Source: Bigelowiella natans CCMP2755 (taxonomy: Eukaryota > Protista > Cercozoa). Taken from it: a stretch of DNA of 64,000 nucleotides. Under the pieces are notes generated by a model. The model was not told where the DNA came from, did no database searches, and saw nothing but the letters and a program-made list of their open reading frames with translations. Both the position numbers and the translations under genes were made by a program. The DNA lies in assembly GCA_000320545.1 (NCBI GenBank), contig ADNK01000108.1, positions 12,917-76,916 of the forward strand, written 5' to 3'. How positions within the stretch are numbered: position 1 is the stretch's first letter; every line of letters starts with the position of its first letter. Shown here in pieces: positions 24,526-39,955 of the stretch.

Positions 24526-25156
24526 GTTATACCCCCACCCTCTCTCGACAGGTCGCCGATGGCCTCTTCTTGCGCATTACAGAGCGTATAACTTTCGAGG
24601 AGGACGAAAGCCGGCAAGCGGAGATGCGAGAGATGCTGAGGAAGCTGATGAGCGTGCACCACGACTGGGTCACTGAAAAAGAAATCAAGCAGCCCGAGGA
24701 GGTGACGCTAATTTAAAATGCTTGTTGCAATCGCCGCAAGAGGAAGCTGCAAACTGTGCACAGCATCACACCGGCTCATTTCCCTTTCTCCTCCTCCTCC
24801 TCCTCCTACTACTACTCTTGTAACCAAATCAGGTTGCTTCGTATCTGGCCTCTGATGATCCGAGGAAGATGTCGACGGAGCAGGTGCTAGAGCTGGCTGA
24901 ACGCACGAATGACCCTGAAACGCAGGAGAAAATCCTGATGGAACATCGCGAAACCGTGCTGGAGAAGATTCGCAACCAGACCAAAGCTGCGTATGGTGAA
25001 GAGGAAAAGGAGGAAGAATTTGTAAGTCTTGATAGGAGTTCCTGCTTGTTTGATTTTTGGATAGCTGAATTCGAAAAAAGAAGGCCTGGAAGGAAGCGGT
25101 GTATGGGGAGAGGTTGCGGGAGTCACGACATTTGAACATATGTCTGCGTACGCGCC

Positions 25157-25193
<37 letters not shown>

Positions 25194-25256
25194 CCCCTCT
25201 CTCTCCCCCCTTTCTAGTCTCCTTTTTCTTTTGCACGCGAGCGCGTGTGTGTGTGC

Positions 25257-25311
<55 letters not shown>

Positions 25312-26083
25312 AAGGAGAGGGACATAGAGGGAAAGTATTCCCATACCTGTTCCTCCTCCTCCTCCTCCTCCTTATCCTCCTTATCCTTATTAGGACGAGT
25401 CCAAGATAAAGCCAGGAGATCTCCCCAAAGACATGTTTCCAGTGTTCCGTATCACATCGAGCGCCAAAGCACAGGAAATAGACCATTGGATTGATACGTC
25501 CATGCTTACGCTCCCCAAACGCCAATGGAGCGACGCGCTGGCTTCGGATAAAAGGTACGATTATGGTGATGGGAGGGGGGGGTCATCCACATCTAGACGC
25601 TCATTGAGGCATAAAGAGGGAGGGGTTGTTGATACGCACGCACCCACAAGCGCATGCAAGTTTCGGCGCACAGAATACAATACATCTAAGAAAAATTGTA
25701 TTGATGCTTTCCATGACATTCGTGTCGGCTGCGCTCCTCTAGGTTCAAGGAGGACGAGGAGTTTCAGATGATGGTGCTGGAGCGCCTCAATGAGCGGATC
25801 CAGGCCTTCGAGGAGGGGCCGCAGCAGCGGTATGGAGGAGGGGGGGGAGGAGGAGCGGAGGATGAGGAGGAACGAGACGAGGAGATAGCTAGGAAAGCAA
25901 CATGGCGGCAGCGTGACGGGGCAAGAGGGCAGCCTGCTCTATACAAAGCACTGGTAGTACGGTTTTATTGTATTTCGTAGCGTCATCTCTGTCTCGTCGC
26001 GTCTTCGCCTTCATCATCATCTTCGGCTTGAAATTCTATGTACCGCCATCACCGCTCATATCCATATCGGCATTACCGTCGTT

Positions 26084-26117
<34 letters not shown>

Positions 26118-27260
26118 CGATGATCGTCGCACCGTTTCTCCATCTTTTCTAGTAGTGTAGTATTCGTCGCGTCTCTCTCCTGGTGGACGCGTTGTGCCTG
26201 ATGAGTAGAATAGGAGTCGTCGTAGATGTATAGTTTGACCCCATTTGCTGTAAAAACACGTGTGTATCATCGCCATCCATGGATATCGTCGCACGGGTTA
26301 GGTCGGGCTTCGACAGAAAGTGCGAATGAACCAGTTTGTTCTGACTCGTCCACACGTTGTAAATGACATCGAGGCTATTCGGTATTACTATCACTACTAA
26401 CATCACCACTTCTACTATCACTACTGCTACTACTGCTACTACTACTACTACTACTACTACTACTATCAGTGCCTACCACAGGCAGCAAGCCTCTTCCAAA
26501 AATAAAAAGTAGAAGATTTCTGCTTATAGCTGGCTAACCACCAGCTTCTGTTGTTGTTGCTGCACTCGCTCCTCCTTTCTCCGAAATCTAAACAGTTCCA
26601 AACACGTATCATCATTAATCGTCCCTGTTTTGCCATCTTCTTGCCACCTAGGAAATTCGTCCTGGAGGAGGGCACGATGATGCAGCATGAGAGGAGCACA
26701 ACAAAGGCGATCCAGGAGCTCAGAAGGCCCACGCTATCTGATTTGGCCTCGAGAATATTGGTAAGATTGCGAGGGGGCTCGGTCGGGGGGAGGGGGGGGC
26801 TATCAAGGAAAAAATACAAGAAAATTCTTCACTATACTCCTCTGCTGCTACTGCGTTTGTACGTGGCACATTACGCCTTTACCACTCTTCCACCCTCCTC
26901 AACCTCCTGCGCCTCCTCTGCCCTTACTTCTAATACTACTACTACTACTATTACTACTTCTACTTCCACTATTACTATCACCGAAGGAAAAGCAAATCCC
27001 TATCAACGTAAGGCGACTTCAGGAGCTATGCGAGGTAGTTAGTTGTGATTGTCCCTGCGATTGAATACACACACCGCCGCAACAGTGCGCATGGCATGAC
27101 CTCCTCCTCCTCCTCCTCCCCACCCCTCACCCATTAACAACAACAGAGTGTGGGAGTGGAAGTCGACGGAGAAGAACGTCGCGTGTTTGTGGAGGATTTC
27201 GTCACTGCAATCAAGGGCAGAACTCTCGGAATGCACACGCTGGCAGCTGCAGAAGGTGGA

Positions 27261-27291
<31 letters not shown>

Positions 27292-28005
27292 GAGGTGTTG
27301 GAAAAGATGGGAAAGAAGGTCCGCAACAGGCAAAGTCAACTGTAGTGAACGAGTTTCTCGAGTCCCTCGACAGCCTCATCTGCATCACCGCCTTGTGAGT
27401 AGTAGTTTCCAGCCCCCCCCCACCGTTTGCTGCCTAGTGCATCGAATTTCCCGGCGAAGCCGTATGTTTACTCTCTTCCCTTACTGCTGCTGCAATCGAT
27501 GCATCGTATTGATCATCACGTAGGATTATTGATGTTATTGATGTTATTTATGTATGAATGTGTGTGGTGTTCTCAGAGAGCTCCATAAGGCGCTCAACGA
27601 AGCTGGAGTTCCAATACCAGTCGAAGAAGTGGTGAGAATCACAATACGATTGCTGATGATGATGCAGCAGCAGCAGTTTATAACTAGTTAGTGGGGGTAG
27701 TGGTAGTAGTACTTGTGGAATATCCTCTCAGCATCATCCCCCCCCCCCCCCCCTCCCTTCTCCTATATGTCACAGCGCTTACAAAACTGCCGTTTCTCCA
27801 TCTTGAGATGAACAAGGACGGGGGGGTGAGTTCGTCCCTTAATGTTCTTATAGGAGCAGCAGTACGCCGATGAGGAGCGTGTGGCCTCTCTGTCAAACCT
27901 GAAGACACAGCTCCGCGCGCTTGTGACGACGTTTTCGAGTCTCATCGAGGACCAAATCGAGCTGGGATTGGCGCAGGTCGACTATACGCTCACGCACACA
28001 ACTAA

Positions 28006-28046
<41 letters not shown>

Positions 28047-28459
28047 TGTGTGTGGGGGGGAGGGGGGCAATGGATGGAGGCCAACAATGGCCTTGGTGCC
28101 TCCATAGTCGTTCAGCAGTCAAAATATGTGCACGACGCTCTCCTTGTGTACTCACTCTCATGAAACCGCTTTGCTATTCTTGCGGAGTTTCTGACGGAGC
28201 AATTTTAACAATGATGATAATAATAACAATAATAATAATAATACACACGTTTTTGTTTCTACACACTGCTGCTGCCGCTTCTTGTAACATCATAGGATGC
28301 GCTGCAAGAGCTGCTGGATGCGGACAGCTTCCAACAAGCAGTTGAGCACATAGACCATATGGCAGGCAACGGAACTATATCGCCTACTCTCGTCATGCTT
28401 CTTGGACGTGCCCGCGCGGTTGATTATTGTGATACTCGTCGTTTGTATTTCTGCTTTCT

Positions 28460-28504
<45 letters not shown>

Positions 28505-29673
28505 AACTCGTTCAGCTCTTTGCCTCCCTCTTGCTCCAAACATTTCCGCTCATTTTTACTACAGTTTATATCATCACCACTGTCCTCACGATTATGATCA
28601 TCATCATCATCGTCATCATCCTAGTCGTCGTTGTCATCGATCATTGTTTTCATCATTTCTTCTTCTCCTCTATCTCTCCCTCCTCCATCTCCTCCTCCTT
28701 CCAGGTAGTCGAGGAGCAGAATAACCCACAATTGCAGAAGCTGACGCAGTACCTTCATCTTGCGGCTAAGACTGCCCTAGACACACTGATGCCATCACCC
28801 GTGCACGTATTGCGCCAACTCATCGATATAGATGACCCCGAGTCTCGCCGCCTGCAGCTTGATGACCTCATGCGCCAAAAACAAGTTGAGTAGTGAGCAG
28901 TTGTAAGAGGCCATTTTAGGGTGGGAAGGAGGAGGAGGAGGAGGAGGAGGAAGAGGAGGAGGAAGCTCTTGAGTGGGCCTGATGATGATGGTGATGGGTG
29001 ATGGTGGTGGTAGTGGTGGTGGTGATTATGGATGCATGATAGATATGATAGATTTCAGAATTATTTCATCAACGATGTCTACGGTTGGTCGGCCGACACT
29101 AGTCTGCCCCTCTCCTATCACGCCGTGTGTGCAGAGGAACTAGCAGTGTATATCAGGGGTGACCCAGCCTTCCTTTGTACATATGCGCATGGCAGCGAGG
29201 AGAAGAGTAAGTTATCTAATCTTGTCCCCCTGCCCCCTCCCCCCCACAAATAGGTGGACACGAAGAAGCTGCTGGATCTCTGCGGACGGCTCCTTGAAGA
29301 GTATGAAGCAGGGCGTGGGGCTCCCGAATCCGTACCGCGCGTCGTCCACCAGCTCCAAACGTTGCAGCGTGAGATCTACCAGTACTGCCTGCGTAACACT
29401 AAAGAATCTGATATGGACCTGCAGCCTGAGACGCTGCGGATGATACCGGAGAGACCGGCGATGACCGAGCAGGAACGACGCCCGCAAATGGACGCTATCA
29501 AGGCACTCATCCCGGAACGGGGCGCCGATGATGATGAGGACGCTATCAGGCGGAGAGTGGTCTCCGACGAGGTGCGGCGTCGTATTGATGCAATCGATGC
29601 AGCCGGTGGTGGGGACGACGGCTCAGACGATCTGACATTTCGGGAGAATTCGACCCCGCGGCGGAAGAGTTGA
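23262..29673 (+). CDS. At4g37920/CDB1-like plastid protein (multi-exon)
   Basis: YDKLITTF..W.RLVSTSKHWSKVADGLFLRI and YLHLAAKTALDTLMPSPVHVLRQLIDIDDPESRR...LLEEY...PRVVHQLQTLQREI resemble, from memory, the green-lineage At4g37920 family. The leader has a hydrophobic segment. Confidence 0.7.
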
Positions 29674-30379
29674 TAGAATAGCATCGGACACAATGCGGCG
29701 AGCAAAGACTGAAAGGGAAGGGCGCTGAAAAGCTCATGCTCGATGCATCGATGAATACTCGTTTCTGCATATGTTTTGGCAAGCTAGCAAGCACACATAT
29801 ATTGTCGGAACACAATCAAAACACAGCACTATACGTGGCAACGGTTTGCATTCCTAGAACGCACAGCTTGGCTAATCTAGCAATTCGCAGCCGCCGCCAT
29901 CACAATAGCTAATGCGCACGTGCAAGATATCATCACATTGTAACTTTGCATGATATAGTGCACGAGCTAGCGAGGGCAGATTCCTAGAGCTGTATTTTTT
30001 ATGCATGCTTTGTCATATAGCGGCGTACTAAGCTAGCTAAGGTCATGCGGCGTCAATAAATTGAGTAAATTTCGCTGACAATCCATGTGCAATTGTGCCG
30101 CTGCAACATGTCAATGCCTGTCGTTGGGCATGGCCGGTTATTCCATGGAAATTTCTACAGTTTAAAAAATTCTCGACATGAGTGGCAGTTGCATCGTTGC
30201 ATTTTTGGTTCTTTGCCTTTATTCATCAAGCTCAGTACGTAATCGACACAATGACCATCACGTCGCGCAACTGAGGAATGATCCGCCCAGTCTTGTAACA
30301 AAAGATGCCGTGGCTGTAAACTTGTGCAGCAGTAATTAAATACTTTGGCAACCACGCACGTCAGCAACATTGAAGCACA

Positions 30380-30853
30380 TCATAGCGATGGCAGTTGCGC
30401 TGAGTCGGTTAGCAGATTAACAATAAAGCACGCCGCCTGATCGCTGGGGTTCGCGCCTTTCGTCGCAGTAGTACCTGAATAAGCCCTTTTTTGACCGTCC
30501 CCACCTACACCACTGTCTTCGTGGCCAGCATCAGAAGGAGAGAGGAAGGCCCATTCGACGACACGCTCTACGAAATCTGCGAGAAGGATCTCGAGGATGC
30601 CATGAGAATCACCCCCAATTTTTGAGAAGAGGCTGTCAAGCCTTGCTACAGTGGATCTTAGCACCGAATCTTTGTCGCGGCCACTTTCTTCCGAGAGCGC
30701 ACGCGCGACGTCAAGGCGGATCGAGCGGTCCGCTAAGTCTAATCCGGAAGCAGCAAGAGCCACACCTGAGGAGTACACAGGCAAAGTAGGGGAAAACCGA
30801 CAGGGGCATAAACAAGAGCCTTGAGAGATTCACCACGGTGGTAAAAAGACACC

Positions 30854-30890
<37 letters not shown>

Positions 30891-31208
30891 GCACAGTAGT
30901 AGGAAGGTGTAGTGGAAGTTGCGGCTGCTGCTGCCGCCGTGCTCAACGTGGTAGTTTGTTTGTTCTATTATAAGCTCGCACGCCGTCTTCGTCGTAAGTG
31001 TCATTGCTATTCGCTGTGCGACTCCTACCACAGTCAAGGCCCGCACTCTTCCAGCTCTCTACAAAACTAACTGGATATCGGATGCTGATGAAGTCGGCGA
31101 GGAATGAGGCAGCAGCAGCGGTGTCTGAGGAGAACTGCTCGCGGAGAAGGGCAACAATCAGGGTTAAGCCTGTAGGTATAAAGGTTAGAATTAGCACGTA
31201 GGGACTTC

Positions 31209-31257
<49 letters not shown>

Positions 31258-32917
31258 TATCGTTTCCTGCTTACACCTCTCCTCTCCCTGCCACATGCAT
31301 ACTCTTTATACCGTGAATGAGTCTTGCTCGGGTAGAGAGGGTTGTGTCCACTTTTGCGAAGTAGGCCGTTGAGAATGAGGCCTTTCGGAGAACGTACCTG
31401 AAGACCACCAAGAAGAAAGTGCTTTAGCGATGATTTTCTTAGATTCACCACTGAATTAGAATAAGGAAAGAATATTATGGAAGGGCGAAGGGGCTCTAAA
31501 GTATCTTCATTGTCACCACGATATCATCACATCATCATCGTCATCATCATCATCATCATCGTCATCATCATTTCTCGACTTTCCATAAAAGATCTCTTCC
31601 TTTGATGGCGAGACGACAGTCACGGAGAACGCTCCCTTCGATGCGGAGTTGCGTTGGTATTGCTCTGGTTCATTATGTTTGGTCTTCCCGACTCCTCTTT
31701 CTCCTCCTCCTCCTCCTCCATTCCCCCCCGCTGCTTGTGAAATCGAGGAGGGCCCCTTAGCTGTTTGAATGAGGTGAAACCAATAGGGAGGGATATACAG
31801 CACGTCGCCTGGACGCAGCGAGAAAGATAGTGCCGCTGGATCTACGAATCACAGTAGAATCGAGAATACCGTCAGCCACGCATTGCGCTCGAGTTGTCAG
31901 GGGTGGGGTGGGAGGAAGTGTTGGCGCAGGATTGACAACGACAGAAACAGAAACGTAGTACGTCTTGGCCGATGTTTCGCGGACTTGTGCATCTGTCGAT
32001 GAGCTGAGTGGATGGACGGATAAAGAGGAATACCTAGATGCGAGAGGGGGGGGAGGGAAGAGTTATAATGGGCAATATCACTCAAAAATAAAATGCGTCC
32101 TAGCCCCATCGAAAACAAACTTACGCTCTTCTCGACTCTGCAACTGAAATTCTACGCATCATTCGGGCTTTTGACATTATTACATATTTGCCAGGATCTA
32201 GCGATAATCTACGATACGATAGACATGCCGCACAAACGCAATATACTGCAGCATATTCTCGCTTTGTTATGAAGATAGTCATTTTGTTGTAATGAAAAGG
32301 GGCAAAGGCTGCGCTGCGTGTTGTCGTTTCAACCATTGCAAACAACACAAATCAATGAGGAAACGTATGTGCGGTGACGTACTTCGCCAGGCCCGAGGGG
32401 GGTACCTACTCAGTGCAACAATGAAAGAAGGAGGTTTTCGAGGGGGTGGGGATAATTGGTAAATAATGTTAAGTCACGACAAAAACGACGACATCGAGCG
32501 ACAACAATCCCTAGCATAAAAAAGAAGAAAGTTTGGCCATATATATCGAGGCCATGGGTGAGGAAGTACTCCTCACTCTGTCTTATTATTTTCAGATGTA
32601 ATCGGGCAAGACGAGAGGAAGGGCGGGGGACTGACAGAGTAATATCTTTCCTTCCCGACAAGAGAGTATGGAAGTTGTGCGAAGGATCATAGTGAAGCTG
32701 TGCCGTCACTGAATCTCCGCTAGCCCAGCTGCTCGATGGTTTATCATCATCATCATCATCATCAACAACAACAACATCATCATCATCAACAACATCAACA
32801 ACAACAACAAGGACAACGACGACGACGACGAGGAGGAGGAGGATGCGATAAGACAGACCAGAGAAAGGTCACTTCAATCTATACCATTGCTTTTAATATC
32901 ACCCTACAGCACCGACA

Positions 32918-32965
<48 letters not shown>

Positions 32966-32984
32966 CATGCACTACTGCTACTAT

Positions 32985-33022
<38 letters not shown>

Positions 33023-33681
33023 TTACATCGTCGGTGTCGGTTTCATTGTCTCTACGAGGTCCCGAAATCGGCGCTCACGGACGAACAGATCCCCATAATG
33101 CTGCACCGAAAACGGAAGGAACGACAAGAGGGAATAGGAATCAAAAGCAGAGATTAGATTTTCCTTCTCACAGTACGGAGCTTTGTCCAAACATCACAGT
33201 TTTCCTTCTCTTCTTCATGTTTCTATTCGTATTGGGAAGGAAGCAGCACCGGAACATGCGCGACAATATCCTCGCAGTAGGCCTCGGCTGGGCCGAAGAG
33301 ATATCTTATCAAGCACACATCATACGTCCTTGTCAGTCGTAATAACTACAGTACCATGTGTCTTTCCTCCCCCTAACCCTCCCCCCCCGCTCTTCTCCAT
33401 TGTCTGTCTTTTCTGTCTCGCTCCCTCACCGATATTCACCCGGAGGTGACTCAACCTGTGGGCGTGGATGAGGGGAGAAACAAGCAATTGTCACCGCAAA
33501 GTAAGGAATGAACATGATACGGATGTAGAAGAAAAATGGTTCATGGAGAGTGTTAGTGTTGAGATCAATGTTCTCATCAGAGTATTCGGAGTAACCCTAC
33601 GACGTATATCTATAAGTGTCTACGACTCTATTTAGGTGTCTTCGAATGTATTTAAGTGTCTACGTATCTATTTCAGTAGAT

Positions 33682-33730
<49 letters not shown>

Positions 33731-34715
33731 CGCGCGCGTGCGTGTTCGCGTGTGTGTTTTGTAGTTTTTTGCAGGTTCATACGATGGCATCAAGCCCAAC
33801 GTCGTGCAACACCTGATACAATAATGGTTACAACCAATCTCATATTTTATCATCGACTTCGTCGTTTCACATGATCACTATTATCAGCTCATATCACCCG
33901 CACAGTATCCTTCTCTCTTTGTGACATCCAATGCCGTCGTGCCCCCCCCTGTTCTCCTCCATCTCTGTATCCGCTGGCCTTCTCACGGCGAAACATGACG
34001 AAGGTCGAGTTGTCTTCTTGTGCATACACGTAACGTGGCATCAGAGGTTTTGTGCGTTGTGTATTTCCATAGCCATGGCTGCTGAGTGTGCCTTCATCTT
34101 GGCGATCGCCGTGATTACGGCGGCGGCGGCGGCTGTTGCTGCTGCTGGTTCTGCAGCGTTGAGAGATGTTCGTGAGGGACCAAAAGCCTTCGGGCTGAGT
34201 GCGTAGCCAAGATGATGTAACCCAGCTATTGCGAAGGATCACAGGCTATGTGTGCAGCAGCAGCAGCAGCATATCATAGAGAAGATGAGGAAGAAGAAGG
34301 ACGGTGAATAAAACCATGATTGTGTGTTGCCCAATTTTGTGAATGGCGATTGCAAACAGTCTTCTTCTCTCGCTGTAAGTGGATTTAGTTCTCCTCTCCC
34401 TCTTTTCATTCCTCTACCTGGGCCGACTTGGCGATCTCATATATATCAAATTGGGCCTCATCATTATCACTACAATCCAAAATTGTAATTCTAGGCGGCA
34501 ACTCGTCTGTTTCGCTCCCCCCCTTCTCCTCGCCCCATAATCTGAGGTACGAGGCTGCCCATGCCGAGAGCAGAAGTCCTACTATTAACGTCCTCGCAGC
34601 TGAGGTGAATATTGGAAAATTTTGCAAAATCAATGCACTGGAAAACGATTACAATCTCGTATCGTTAAATAATGGGCTATAACGAACAGAAAGGCCGAGG
34701 GCTGTCGGCAGCCAT
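30380..34715 (-). CDS. JmjC / Cupin_8 2OG-dependent oxygenase with N-terminal hydrophobic anchor (multi-exon)
   Basis: PVILRN, TAQLHYDPSHNFHTLLSGRK, PLYPSIHSAHRQ and LRPGDVLYIPPYWFH; the HxD...H triad is intact. Confidence 0.88.
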
Positions 34716-35060
34716 GCTCGAATCTTTTTTCTGGAAGAATCACGTACAAGATCCAGTACAAATACATCTAGGTTCATTTGTTCCTAAAAACGTCGACTTC
34801 TGAATGGATTTTCGATCTACGACAACATACCTTCCATGTCGCGATTGAGCGAAGACGGGCGACTACCCTTGCCCAGTTGACGGAAACGCATTGTTGCAGT
34901 ATACACATACCGGTAATGGGAATTCCTTTTAACTAGCGAGTTAGAACGAGAATTCAGGAATTTCTTTGTCGCAGCAATGAAAATGCTAGCGTTTCTTCGA
35001 AATTTTTTTTGGGCGCAAGAGAGATTCTGATTTGCTATCCCACATCCAAGTTCCACAGCC

Positions 35061-36118
35061 ATGGGGCAGAACCACACCTCAATGGCCAAGGCCGTTGCTG
35101 GGGAGAACGGGACGATAGAGACGTGGGAATTATCGATGCTCATCTCCATGTTGAAGTGAGTTATTAGAAATCTCAGTTTATACACATACGAAATGCTTTA
35201 CGTCGCTCGCGCGATTTGATTGTGTGGGTTGTACATGTACAAAGTCTCTACCGTTCCTCCACTGGGGCTCTTCAAGAGGAGAAGATCAAGCGCTTGATTC
35301 TTGAGGCTGATACTAACCAGGTGCACATCTTTGCGCTTGACACAAGATACTTATCGTATCACATTCGTGTCCAAAATTGATGACGACTGACGTTTTTGGT
35401 CAAAAGCATCCAAGCCTCGGAACTCAACACTTCAACATTCTTTTGTCGCGTCAACTGATTTATAGGATGGTAAAATATCGGTAAAAGAACTTGCAAGTTG
35501 GCTGAAAAAAACCTTCGAAGGGACAACTACGTCATGGGGGGATCGAGTCCAATTGGTTGAGAATTTTCGTGCGAGGAAGAAAGCATTACCGGCAATATTT
35601 CACCCCGTGGCACGTGAAAGTGTTCAACTGATTAAACCAGCCAGACGACACTGCTACAGTAAGAAGCAGGTGGCGTAGAATTTTTTAAATGGTGTGAGGA
35701 GAAAAAACACGAAGAGATTCACCATCAAAAGCATTCGACGGTTACCACACACACACATACATACATGTAATATGTGTGTGTGTGTGTGTGTGTGTGTGCG
35801 TGCGTGCGTGTGTATTCTCACGTCGCTTGCTTAACATTCTCCGGTTCTCCTTGTCGTCGTCTTCCTTTTCCTCAGACTTGCAGGTTTACAAATAAAGGCG
35901 ATCCAGACAGAGAACCCTGTGAGAAGTGCATTGAACGTCGATGCCAGTGGTGGGTCACAAAGGCTCAGACCCGCATCGTGGATCCGAACGAAATGCTAGT
36001 GAAAAAGGTGTGGTGGGAACAATGAAGAATTGAGGATGGGGGCAAAGTTGTGGAGAGATATTCGTATTCAAGTGAAGCCTATACATGGGCATAAATTTTC
36101 AATACATTCAGTATGCGC

Positions 36119-36149
<31 letters not shown>

Positions 36150-36754
36150 AAGGCGACACGGTATCCGTTCGAGTATGTGTGGCGTCAGTCACGGCCCTTC
36201 CTACATCTCAAAGTGGAGGAGGGCGTCGGATTCCAGAAGGTGGTTGCAGCCGGTCTAGACGTAGGAGTACTAGCAGTAGTAGTAGGATAAGAAGAAGAAG
36301 GAAAAGGGGAAGAAGAAAGGAAAAAGAAAGATTCACAAGTTTAATAAGAGGCGGTAATTGTTGAAGCAATGCTCTGCAACGTAATGACGAAGTAGCGGTG
36401 TTATATAACAAACCGCGAGAATTCGCTCCGAAATAAACACTTAAAACTCACATCCCTCTCATATCCCCCTGCTCTCTGTCTCCCTTTTGTGCGTTGCGTT
36501 GCTCATTTCTCAGGGTATGAACATATTCCTGGTGGTGAAGCTCTACGGCCCCTCATCCGACTCCAAAGGTGAAGACGGGAAATCAGCAAGGGGGGAGGGG
36601 GACACAAAGACGGGATCGGTTCTCAGTCAGGTCTTAAGTGGAAGGGGAACACTCCTGCACAAGGTTGTAGCAGCAGCAGTAGCTCTTTCGCACCTTTCGC
36701 ACCTTTCGCACCTCCATACAAACTTTTGATGATTTGTGTGGGATGCTTGGGTGT

Positions 36755-36787
<33 letters not shown>

Positions 36788-37984
36788 GTTTTGGCTGACG
36801 CGATATCATCTACGATGATGGCGCCGCCGACGTCGTCAGCACCGCGCTGCTACGAAAATGAATACAGAGTCTCCGATATGGGAAGCGGCAGTGTTCACAG
36901 CCTGGGGAGATAAGGTTGTTGATTGAGAAGTACAAGAAGTATGCGGTGTTTATTTTCGCCGAGAACCGTCGTATCCGTACATGTACACCCCCCTCCCCCC
37001 CTAATAATAACGGGTTGTTAGTTCTTCTACCACAAAACTGACAACAACACAGTGGACGGATACGACAGGCTTGCCGCATTCAATGATAACGCCCAAGCCA
37101 GTATCATATTCTCACTCGACTGGCTTGCACCATTCACCATTCGTTCTTCGGAAAATAGCCAAATTTACAATCGATGGATGATATCCTTGAGCAACAACCC
37201 GCCTTACTATTAATTACGCAGGCCGAGGGGAAGAATCTCCATGGCTACGTGCTGGCGATTGAGGCGTGGGACTTCAGATTCGAGAAAAGGGAAAACCGGC
37301 TCGTCGGGATCTCCTACGTGGAGCTCGGGTGAGAAAGGAGTAGCCAACTTAAATCCTATAAATACTTCACCGCCTAGGATGATAATGATGATGGTGATGA
37401 TAATGATGATGGGTGAGGAGGTGATGGCGGCGCTGATACAATAATTATGAGACAACATCATTGGCTGCTACGCTGAGAAGAACTCTGCTCTACCTCCTCT
37501 TCACAGGAAAGGTTGCGCTCGCTCTGGCTACGAATCGCATTGCTGGGTAGAATGTAGCAGCACCTCCAGATAGTACTGTTGATAACTTTCTTCCTTCGAT
37601 GTTCCATCTCTTTGATGACAATAGAACAACACCCCCATTACCGCTATTGTCCTTTGCGTGACGTATCTGACCCTCAACCCTCTCTTTTCACCCCCCCCCC
37701 CCCCCTCCCGGGGCATTTATTTTGACCTCTCGTGCACCGCTATCGTTCTTTATGGAAGGTGTCGGTATCCCATCCCATCACACCGACCGACAAGCAGCGT
37801 GCACGTGCCAGGAAAATAGAGCTGATGCTCAAGGCAGACCAGATTCGTCGCCTGCTCGGATCCGATCCCGACAACTCGAAGCATCTGAGCAAAAAGGGCC
37901 TTGCAAGACTGCAACACGCCCTTGCAGCGTCACGTCATCCACTTGAATTGGGGAAGGTGTGCTGTGTTGTTGTTGTTGTTGTTG

Positions 37985-38026
<42 letters not shown>

Positions 38027-38188
38027 GCTGCAAGTTGGTAAGGCCAGTAGCATCGAATTCTACGAGGAACTCTTGCTGCTGCATGTATGTAATTTGATTC
38101 ATTTATATCACTGACGACGTTCTATTTGTTCTTCGGCACGTCATTTTAATTTTTTGCTGCCATTGGAAACCATTTGTCGTCATCCTCG

Positions 38189-38222
<34 letters not shown>

Positions 38223-38533
38223 AAGTTTCTCCTCAACCAGGCTGATCACGATGCGGACGGGGGAATCGATGTGGGGGAGCTTTGCCTCTTCTTCTATAAC
38301 AGCGGTGCGGATCCCAAGCAGCTGGATGTTCTCAAAAACTTCCTAGAGGAGGAGGGGTGTGCAGGGGGAGTAAAGGGAAGGGGGGGGGGGGGAGACGGCA
38401 AGGAAACGACGGGAGGAGCGACGACGACAATCGGAGAGAGGAAGAACAAGACGATGAAGACAAAGGCAGCATTGAAAGGTAGGTGTCAAAGGAAATGAGT
38501 TACTACATCGATATTCAAAAATGTGTAGTGCTT

Positions 38534-38572
<39 letters not shown>

Positions 38573-38705
38573 AACTCTTCTTACGATGGAATTAGCTGCT
38601 GCTAGCATACTCCATTTTATCCCGATTTCTCTTCCCTGCCCACCCTCTCCTCGGACTGCTCACGACCTTCTTTCCTACTTAATTTCTGCTCCCCCCCCCC
38701 CCCTC

Positions 38706-38752
<47 letters not shown>

Positions 38753-38986
38753 GATACCCCCCTCCAGGCAGCGATAGAGACTTTGACACGAAAGCGCAGC
38801 AGGAGGTGCGAGAGGAAGGCTTGAAGAACGAGCCGTTGGAAAAGAGATACCCGAATCTTGACCTCAGGGAGGGAGATCCAAAGCTGCGGTTGCGCATTGA
38901 GTATCATGCTAATCAGCAGAAGTTATTGACGTGCTCGGCGTGCATGGACTCATTTGCGGAAGATGATAGAAGCATGTGCGTACTAT

Positions 38987-39018
<32 letters not shown>

Positions 39019-39919
39019 TTACTACTACAACTGCCTTTACTGCTATTATTACAATTGCTATAAATAAATGGAATAGAATGAAAGCGATATTACAATACGA
39101 CTGCTGCTGCTGCTGCCCTTGTCCTTAAACACACACACAAACAAACAATAGCCTACGCACTTCCTCTCCCGTTCTCGCACTCTTCCTCCCCATAAAATAC
39201 ATTCTACATACAGACACATACACATGTTAATAAACACACCCGTGTGCATGCTACTTTATACTGTGCCTGGAACAACACACGGTATATAGGAAGAGTCTCG
39301 CATGCTCAAAGGGGCACATGCTCTGTAAAGGATGCTCTCGGTCGTACATCGAGTTCTGCAGCAAGAACTACGCAACTGGAAACATCCCGATAAAGTGCCA
39401 GATCTGCAAAGAAGTGTACGTCGTTGGAGAGCGTAGAAATGCTACTGAAAAGAAGAAGGAGGAGGAGGAGAAGAAGAAGTTTGTTTACAATGACCACAAT
39501 GATAGTGACGATGGTGATGGAGATGCTGCGGTGCGGCTCATAAGTGATATTTGAAACTTGCCATATTTGCGCACATAAATGGTGCCTAGATTTCCGTTCC
39601 TAAAATTGAGTTTTCAAATGAGAGAGGTGAAAGTATAGAAAATGTCAAAACCTTCAAATAAGAAATAATTGGTTCTCCACCATTATTGAACGTAGCTATC
39701 ATCGTTGCCATCTTCATTTTATGGTAGTCTTTATCGGGTGCGTGTTTCGTATAATGGCTTCCACTTAATGCTGCTTTAGATATGAAGATCGACTCATTTG
39801 CTACCTATGCGACGACGGTAAGAAAAACAGAAGTAATGTGTTGAAATGGGAAAGTATCATGCACCAATTTAAACTGCTTTCTTACTTCAAACACTCCATT
39901 CTCCAGCCAATTCGTAAAC

Positions 39920-39955
<36 letters not shown>

